Below, piece by piece: positions 58,032 to 64,000 of a stretch of 64,000 nucleotides of DNA. The notes under the pieces were generated by a model, which ran no database searches, had not been told where the DNA came from, and saw only the letters and a list, made by a program, of their open reading frames with translations. Numbering within the stretch: the first letter of the stretch is position 1; the number at the start of each line of letters is the position of its first letter. A program made the translations under genes and the position numbers. The stretch comes from Candidatus Fermentithermobacillaceae bacterium (GTDB lineage Bacteria; Bacillota; Sulfobacillia; Fermentithermobacillales; DUSS01), in NCBI GenBank assembly GCA_020725645.1, contig DYEQ01000030.1:2863-66862 (forward strand), in the 5' to 3' direction.

Positions 58032-58811
58032 ATGCTGACGGTAATAGATCTCAACAGCGACGTCGGAGAGAGTTTCGGAAGATGGCGTTCGGGCGATGAG
58101 GAAATCCTCCCCTTCGTCACGTCTGTGAACGTAGCTTGCGGAATGCACGCGGGAGATCCTGTCCATATGGATGAGATCGTGGGGAAGGCTTGTGACCTGA
58201 ATCTCGCCATCGGGGCCCATCCCGGATTTCCGGACCTGCAGGGGTTCGGACGCAGGGAAATGACGCTCTCTCCCAGGGAAATCGAAACGTACGTCTTGTA
58301 CCAGGTCTCAGCGTTGAGTGGTTTTGCACTCTCCCACGGAAGCCACCTCACCCACGTAAAACCCCACGGCGCGCTGTACAATATGGCGGTGATAGATGAC
58401 AAAATCGCTCGGGCCATCGCCCTGGGGGTCGCGAGAGCTGGTGAACACCTCGTATTAGTGGGGCTTCCGGGGTCGTGCTTGCTCCAAGCGGCAGACGTCC
58501 TGGGTCTACCGGCTGCGGCCGAAGCTTTCGCGGACCGCGCTTACAATTCCGACGGCACACTGGTAAAACGAGGGCTGCCGGGTTCGATCATAGAAGATCC
58601 GGACGAAGCAGCCAAAAGAGCTCTCGACATCGCTCTGCGGGGCACGATAAAGAGCATCGACGGGAAAGAAATTCCGATCCCAGCGAGGACAATATGCGTG
58701 CACGGCGATACGCCGGGCGCGGTCGAGATGGGAAGGACGATACGACGGAGATTGGAAAGCGCAGGCGTCATACTCCGGTCTCTTAAAGAGCTGGCCGGAC
58801 TGCGGAAATGA
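58032..58811 (+). CDS. pxpA: 5-oxoprolinase subunit A (LamB/YcsF)
   Basis: IDLNSDVGESFG, NVACG.HAGD, HVKPHGALYN and CVHGD. Confidence 0.94.
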   Translation: MLTVIDLNSDVGESFGRWRSGDEEILPFVTSVNVACGMHAGDPVHMDEIVGKACDLNLAIGAHPGFPDLQGFGRREMTLSPREIETYVLYQVSALSGFALSHGSHLTHVKPHGALYNMAVIDDKIARAIALGVARAGEHLVLVGLPGSCLLQAADVLGLPAAAEAFADRAYNSDGTLVKRGLPGSIIEDPDEAAKRALDIALRGTIKSIDGKEIPIPARTICVHGDTPGAVEMGRTIRRRLESAGVILRSLKELAGLRK

Positions 58812-58878
58812 GGGGCAAATCTTCGCAGATCCCATCTTCGCCCGGGGACTCGCCCCTTCGGACACGGAGGAATACGGA

Positions 58879-60780
58879 ATGACCTGGAAAGCTTTCGCAG
58901 AAGACGCTCCGCTAAGAGAATACCTCCTGGGTGACAGGACGATTGTCCTGGAGCTCGCCGAAGAGATTTCGGTCGAGGCGACCATCCGGGTAACCGCTTT
59001 CGCCGAAACGTTTCAAACTGTTGCAAATGGCACCCCCGGTATCGAAGAAGTCCAGCCTACCTACACGGGCGTCGCCGTTCATTTCGACCCGCGTCTCGTC
59101 TCACCCTCGTATCTCCGGGGGCTGCTGCATAAAGCTCTGGAACTTCTAGGTCGAGATGCCGGCGAAACTCTCCGGGACCGGCAGCTGCAGACGAAAGAGC
59201 AGCCCGTCATGGAGGTCCCGGTGCTCTACGGAGGCGACACCGGACCGGACCTTTTGGATTCGGCCCTGAAGCTCGGACTGAGCCCCGAGGAGCTCATCCG
59301 CCGTCACTCGGGTCGGGAGTATCTGGTGCACATGATCGGCTTCACACCTGGATTCCCGTATCTGGGGACTCTCGATCCATCAATATCGTTGCCGCGCCTG
59401 GAGACACCCAGGACCAGCGTGCCGCGGGGTTCCGTCGGGATAGCTCGGGAGCAGACGGGGATTTACTCCATTCCAGCTCCCGGCGGTTGGCGGATAATAG
59501 GCAGAACGCCGTTAAGGGTTTTTTCGCCCGACCGGAACAAACCGTTTTTGTTCGAACCGGGTATGCGGGTGAAGTTCCGGCCCATAACCAGCGAGGAGTT
59601 CGCCCGCCTTGCAGAGCAAGACCGGGGGCAAGTTCGGGAGGACGACCGCCGGCACGATCGCGAGCATGAACCGGAAGAAGGACGGGAACAGAATGGGTGG
59701 CGAGCACGGGACCGAACGGGGAATACGGTTCTTTCCCAACCGACCGGGCAACGGAACATTCCCGCGGAAAACGCCGTGCCCGCGTTGGTGGTCCGGTCAC
59801 CGGGCTTTTTCTCGACCGTTCAGGACCTCGGGCGGAGGGGCTTCAGAAGGTACGGCGTTCCCCTTTCGGGCGCAGCGGATCCCGTATCCCTGATCCGCGG
59901 AAACCTTCTGGTGGGAACCCCCCCTGGAGCAGCGGGGATCGAAATGACCTATTCCGGAGGAGCGTTCTTGGCCTTGCTCGACGTTCCCGTGGCCGTAACC
60001 GGAGCACCCGCCGAGGTGACCATAGACGGACACCCGGTGGACATGTGGAGGCCTGTCGTCCTGCGGAAATCCTCGGTCCTGGAGATAGGAGCTTTATCTA
60101 AAGGAGCGAGAACTTACCTCACCGTGGCCGGAGGTATCCAGACTCCTATCTCCCTCGGGAGCAGGTCAACGTATGTCCGGGCGTCCCTGGGCGGTATCCA
60201 CGGCCGGCCGCTCCGGGAAGGCGATATCCTGGAGGCCGGTCCTCACCCCGCCCTACCATGGCTTGATTCTAAGGATATCGACTACGCAGCTCTCTTCCCC
60301 AGTGCAGGCGAAGAAGTCTGGGTGAGGGTCATTCCCGGTCCAGAACCCGTGGTTCCCGCAACCGGCCAAACTATAGCTGGGGGACCTCCGACACCAAACT
60401 TACGAGGTGATGGACTGAAAACTCTATCAGCCCGCACCCGGCCGGGCGGAGAGATCCTCAAAAAGCTCACATCTTCCAGCTACCGCGTGAGCTCGACTTC
60501 CGACAGAATGGGCTTGAGGCTGGAAGGTCCAGCGCTGGTCAGCGGGAAAACGGACATAATCTCGGGCGCAGTGGTACCCGGAGTCGTCCAGGTGGGCTCC
60601 GACGGTCTCCCCATGGTACCCCTGGCCGATGGGCAGACCACCGGAGGATACTGGAGAATAGCTTCGGTGATTTCGGCGGACCTGGCTATGCTCGGTCAAG
60701 TCCGGCCCGGGACCGTCGTGCGGTTCCGCGTGGTAGACTACGACATCGCGCTCCAGTCGCTCTCCCAGCTTCCTCTCTAG
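58879..60780 (+). CDS. pxpBC: 5-oxoprolinase subunits B and C, fused
   Basis: VPVLYGG..GPDL, GFTPGFPYL and GGWRIIGRTP, then TVQDLGR, SDRMGLRL and QTTGGY. Confidence 0.9.
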   Translation: MTWKAFAEDAPLREYLLGDRTIVLELAEEISVEATIRVTAFAETFQTVANGTPGIEEVQPTYTGVAVHFDPRLVSPSYLRGLLHKALELLGRDAGETLRDRQLQTKEQPVMEVPVLYGGDTGPDLLDSALKLGLSPEELIRRHSGREYLVHMIGFTPGFPYLGTLDPSISLPRLETPRTSVPRGSVGIAREQTGIYSIPAPGGWRIIGRTPLRVFSPDRNKPFLFEPGMRVKFRPITSEEFARLAEQDRGQVREDDRRHDREHEPEEGREQNGWRARDRTGNTVLSQPTGQRNIPAENAVPALVVRSPGFFSTVQDLGRRGFRRYGVPLSGAADPVSLIRGNLLVGTPPGAAGIEMTYSGGAFLALLDVPVAVTGAPAEVTIDGHPVDMWRPVVLRKSSVLEIGALSKGARTYLTVAGGIQTPISLGSRSTYVRASLGGIHGRPLREGDILEAGPHPALPWLDSKDIDYAALFPSAGEEVWVRVIPGPEPVVPATGQTIAGGPPTPNLRGDGLKTLSARTRPGGEILKKLTSSSYRVSSTSDRMGLRLEGPALVSGKTDIISGAVVPGVVQVGSDGLPMVPLADGQTTGGYWRIASVISADLAMLGQVRPGTVVRFRVVDYDIALQSLSQLPL

Positions 60781-61574
60781 GCGGGCCTTAACGGAACCAC
60801 CTGCGGCCATCCCCCCTCCGGGTGAGGAAAGACGTAGCACTCGGCGCCGTAAACCTCCCGAATGGTTTCCGCGGTGACGGTTTCTCCGGGAGAACCGCTC
60901 TTGTGAACCCGCCCGTCGCGGACGAAGTAGAGGACGGAAGCGAATCTCGCAGCCAGGTTCAGGTCGTGAAGGATGACGACCACTGCGGCATTTTGGTCGC
61001 GGGCCCTGCGGGCCAGCACCTCCATGACCCACATCTCGTAGGCCATATCCAGATGAGCTGTGGGCTCGTCGATGAGAAGAATGGACGTCTCCTGACAAAG
61101 AGCACGCGCCAGGTATACCCTTTGCCGTTCGCCAGAGCTCAAGTCCGTGATGGGCCTTTGCGCCAGGTCGTCCAGGTGGAGGAGGTTCATGGCGCGTCGT
61201 GCGGCGGCGACGTCGTCCGGACCCTCTTTACGCAAAGCTCCGGTGTGAGGAAACCGCCCGAGGAGCACCGTTTCCTCAACGGTAAAACCGAAAACCGGCT
61301 CGAGCTCGGCCCCCATATAGGTGAGGAGCTTCCCCCGTTCCCGAGGGCTCATCGCGGCGACATCCCGGCCCAGGACCCGCGATGAGCCCTTTCCGGGCCT
61401 CAGGAAACCCGAAACGATCTTCAAAAGGGTGGATTTGCCCGCGCCGTTCGGCCCCACTATCGCAGTGACTTCCCCGGCTCCTGCGGAAAACGTCACGTCC
61501 TGGATGACCCAGCGGCGTCCGTAAGAAAACCAGACGCCCTCCAGCTGCACGATACCTTCGCTTGTGTCTTTCAT
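60777..61574 (-). CDS. cobalamin/iron-chelate ABC transporter ATPase (BtuD-like)
   Basis: GPNGAGKST, LSSGERQR, DEPTAHLD and LHDLNLA. Confidence 0.9.
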   Translation of the reverse strand: MKDTSEGIVQLEGVWFSYGRRWVIQDVTFSAGAGEVTAIVGPNGAGKSTLLKIVSGFLRPGKGSSRVLGRDVAAMSPRERGKLLTYMGAELEPVFGFTVEETVLLGRFPHTGALRKEGPDDVAAARRAMNLLHLDDLAQRPITDLSSGERQRVYLARALCQETSILLIDEPTAHLDMAYEMWVMEVLARRARDQNAAVVVILHDLNLAARFASVLYFVRDGRVHKSGSPGETVTAETIREVYGAECYVFPHPEGGWPQVVPLRPA

Positions 61575-61728
61575 TTCCAGATCGTCCCTCGTTGCTCGAA
61601 TGCGCCGACCGGCAGCCTTTACGGCTACGGCGAGGATTGTTCCCCGGTCACCCTCGTCGAACGTTCAGCCCGACTTTTGCGCCCTAAAAGCGACTCGACT
61701 TGTCGGAAGACCGAATCCTCGCTCACCT

Positions 61729-62790
61729 TCAACTCTCCGCTCCCCGCCCGCGTTTCCTTTGCTGGAACAATAGGTACAAAAAGAAAGGCGCCCCTCCCAT
61801 CGCGGTGATCACTCCTACCGGAATTTCCGCGGGGGGAACCAGCGTCCTGGCCAGGAGGTCCGACAACACGAGCAGGCAAGCTCCCGCCAATCCTGAGCAG
61901 GGAACCAGCCAGCGGTGGGCCGGGCCCATAACGAGCCGCACCGCGTGGGGTACGACGAGGCCCACGAAACCGATGGGACCCGTAAAAGCTACAGCTTGCG
62001 CCGTCAGCAGCGAAGCGATGAAAAGCGCAAGGCGCTTGGATTTTTCGACGTCAAGACCAAGGTGAAACGCCGCTTCTTCGCCGAAGGCGAGGGCGTCCAG
62101 AGGGCGCGATAGCAACCATGTAAGACTCCCCAGGACCAGAACGTAGGGTAGGGAAACCCGGACCGAATTCCAAGAGGATCTGGACAGTCCCCCCATCGTC
62201 CAGAACACGATCTCTTCCGTCCTTTGCCGGAACAGCACCATTATCAAAGCTACCCCCGACGAGATCATGCTTGACAGCGCGATTCCGGAAAGAAGCAGGG
62301 TCAAAAGTTCCGTCCTTCCGTGCCAGGTGGCCAGCGAGTAGACCAGCGCCATCGCACAGAACGCGCCGAGAAAGGCGGGGAGCGGGAGAGCCCACGCTCC
62401 AAGAGCTCTCCCGGCTCCGAACACGATGCCGGTCACTGCGCCTAAAGATGCGCCCGAGGACACGCCCAGGATATACGGGTCGGCCATGGGGTTCCTGAAG
62501 AGCCCCTGCATTACAGCACCGGCCATTCCAAGGGAGAACCCTACCAACGAGCCCATGAGAACCCTGGGAAGCCTCAGCCGCCACAGGATTTCCCACCGGA
62601 CCTGGCTCTGAGGGTCTCCCGAAACCGGCCCTTTGAAAAGGAGAGCCAGGACTTCCCCGGGACGAACCGGGACGGCCCCCAGCCCGACCCCGAGGAGAAT
62701 CGCAGCTGACAGGCAGGCCACGAGACCCGCCGTCACCCAAGCTTTCTTGATGGCACCCGTGGCCTTTCCCCCGGAAAGCGCCCCGGTCAT
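61729..62790 (-). CDS. cobalamin/iron-chelate ABC transporter permease (BtuC/FecCD-like)
   Basis: [28 protein letters not shown] and EIPVG. Confidence 0.92.
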   Translation of the reverse strand: MTGALSGGKATGAIKKAWVTAGLVACLSAAILLGVGLGAVPVRPGEVLALLFKGPVSGDPQSQVRWEILWRLRLPRVLMGSLVGFSLGMAGAVMQGLFRNPMADPYILGVSSGASLGAVTGIVFGAGRALGAWALPLPAFLGAFCAMALVYSLATWHGRTELLTLLLSGIALSSMISSGVALIMVLFRQRTEEIVFWTMGGLSRSSWNSVRVSLPYVLVLGSLTWLLSRPLDALAFGEEAAFHLGLDVEKSKRLALFIASLLTAQAVAFTGPIGFVGLVVPHAVRLVMGPAHRWLVPCSGLAGACLLVLSDLLARTLVPPAEIPVGVITAMGGAPFFLYLLFQQRKRGRGAES

Positions 62791-63740
62791 TTGCCACCCG
62801 CAGCCTCCGGGTAGAGCGCCCTGGCCACTATCTCTATGGCCTTCACGATCTCAGGCCCGGGCCGGGAAACCAGGTCGGGATCGATGAAAAACACCTTGCC
62901 GTCCTTCACCGCTTGCAGCGATGACCATCCGGTTCTGGATTCCAAAAGGTGATACGACTCTTTCGGAAAGGCCACCAGGATGGCATCGGGTGAGCGCTCG
63001 AGCAAAGTCTCCATGCTCACCTGAAGATACGGCTGGGCCGCGTCGGCCACCACATTTACCGCCCCCGCCCGGATTATTACGTCGTGCACGAAAGATCCCG
63101 GCCCTACGGTCCACAGGTCGGGATCGATGGCGACGAAGACCGAAGCTTTCTTGCCGCCGGACGGTACAACTTTGGACGTTATCTCGTTCAGAGAGGACTT
63201 CATGGAGTCGACGAGCCGCCGGGCTTCCCTGGACTTGCCCGTGACCTCCCCCACTCTTTCGATCAGAGAAAACACATCATCAACCGTAGCCGGGCTTGAA
63301 ACGAACACCGGGTAACCAAGTTTTTCGATCTCCTTCACATAAGCTGATTCGGTTGTCCCGGTCACGAACACCAGGTCCGGCTTGAGGGCTACGATCTTCT
63401 CACGGTTTAGGTTAAAGGCATCGCCCACCTTCTCTTTGCCTCTGGCTTCTTCGGGCTTATTGCAGAAGTTCGTAACCCCTACCACTCTGTCGCCGAGGCC
63501 GAGCGCAAACAGGATCTCCGTGTAGGCCGGGGCCAGCGAGATTATCCGCTTGGGAGTCGAAGACAGGGTCAACGTGCGACCCGCCATATCCTGGAACGTT
63601 TTCGGACCCCCACAACCCGAAAGAGCTATCGTGGACAGCGAAAGCTCCAGGAGTAAGGCCAGTACCACAAACAAACTCGCAGCTCGACCCGGTCTTATGC
63701 GGGGTCGCGCGGAGCTTCCAGACGAAAGATTCCGTATCAT
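62787..63740 (-). CDS. cobalamin-binding lipoprotein (BtuF-like)
   Basis: Lipobox LSGC; RIISLAP..TEILFALG; SRPGP. Confidence 0.9.
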   Translation of the reverse strand: MIRNLSSGSSARPRIRPGRAASLFVVLALLLELSLSTIALSGCGGPKTFQDMAGRTLTLSSTPKRIISLAPAYTEILFALGLGDRVVGVTNFCNKPEEARGKEKVGDAFNLNREKIVALKPDLVFVTGTTESAYVKEIEKLGYPVFVSSPATVDDVFSLIERVGEVTGKSREARRLVDSMKSSLNEITSKVVPSGGKKASVFVAIDPDLWTVGPGSFVHDVIIRAGAVNVVADAAQPYLQVSMETLLERSPDAILVAFPKESYHLLESRTGWSSLQAVKDGKVFFIDPDLVSRPGPEIVKAIEIVARALYPEAAGGK

Positions 63741-63918
63741 GTTTTCTACATCTCCTTTGATGGTGTCTCCTTTGATCCTCTTTTCCTCGAACTCACCCGC
63801 AGCTCGCCCCGGCAGCTCAAACCCACCGGTTGCGTGTTATCGCGGCCGAGGTCCACTCGAATTCGCCGGCAGCTTACTACGGGGGCTCAGACTAAACCGT
63901 TGATCATGGTCCCAGCAT

Positions 63919-64000
63919 AAAAAAGCCCCGGCGAAGTGCCGGGGTGTACCTGTCCGTCACAAGCCAACCCCCCTTTCGCTCGAAGGTAAGCCAGCTGGTC
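63919..64000 (-). ncRNA. 3' end of a cobalamin riboswitch with its terminator (cut by the window edge)
   Basis: Minus strand reads GACCAGC...CCTTCGAGCGAAAGG, then terminator CCCCGGC-acttc-GCCGGGG-CTTTTTT, upstream of btuF-like genes. Confidence 0.7.

Noticed and set aside
1..64000. Transposases, integrases, prophage genes, tRNA or rRNA
   Set aside because: None recognised in the ORF track or the sequence

Overview
Chromosomal window from a GC-rich, anaerobic, endospore-forming Bacillota; the taxon is inferred from spoIVA, spoIIP, a T-box, [FeFe]-hydrogenases and sigmaA/sigmaE-type promoters. From left to right it holds: a Tyr T-box controlling an NhaC-family transporter and an ACMSD-like amidohydrolase; a metallophosphoesterase; glnS and a methyltransferase; an hfsABC-like H2-sensing operon with a Rex-like operator, convergent with a GltD-linked (group A2-type) [FeFe]-hydrogenase; mntH, truD and mntR; a YghO-like GNAT; livKHMGF; a GNAT and a truncated RRE-radical SAM facing a membrane protein with a (CA)n Cys-rich tail and an ABC exporter; a class II aldolase; a ZIP transporter; an orphan cas6 preceded by one CRISPR-like repeat; a PTS/aldolase/AOR/ADH operon with a SorC-family regulator; the conserved cmk-plsC-ispH/rpsA...der-plsY-gpsA-spoIVA region; pxpA-pxpBC; and a btuFCD-like ABC importer under the 3' end of a cobalamin riboswitch. 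The best candidates for new biology are the Cys-tail membrane protein/RRE-rSAM/GNAT/ABC locus (26.2-32.0 kb) and the solitary repeat plus orphan cas6 (34.0-35.4 kb). All calls come from motif recognition by eye; no database searches were run.
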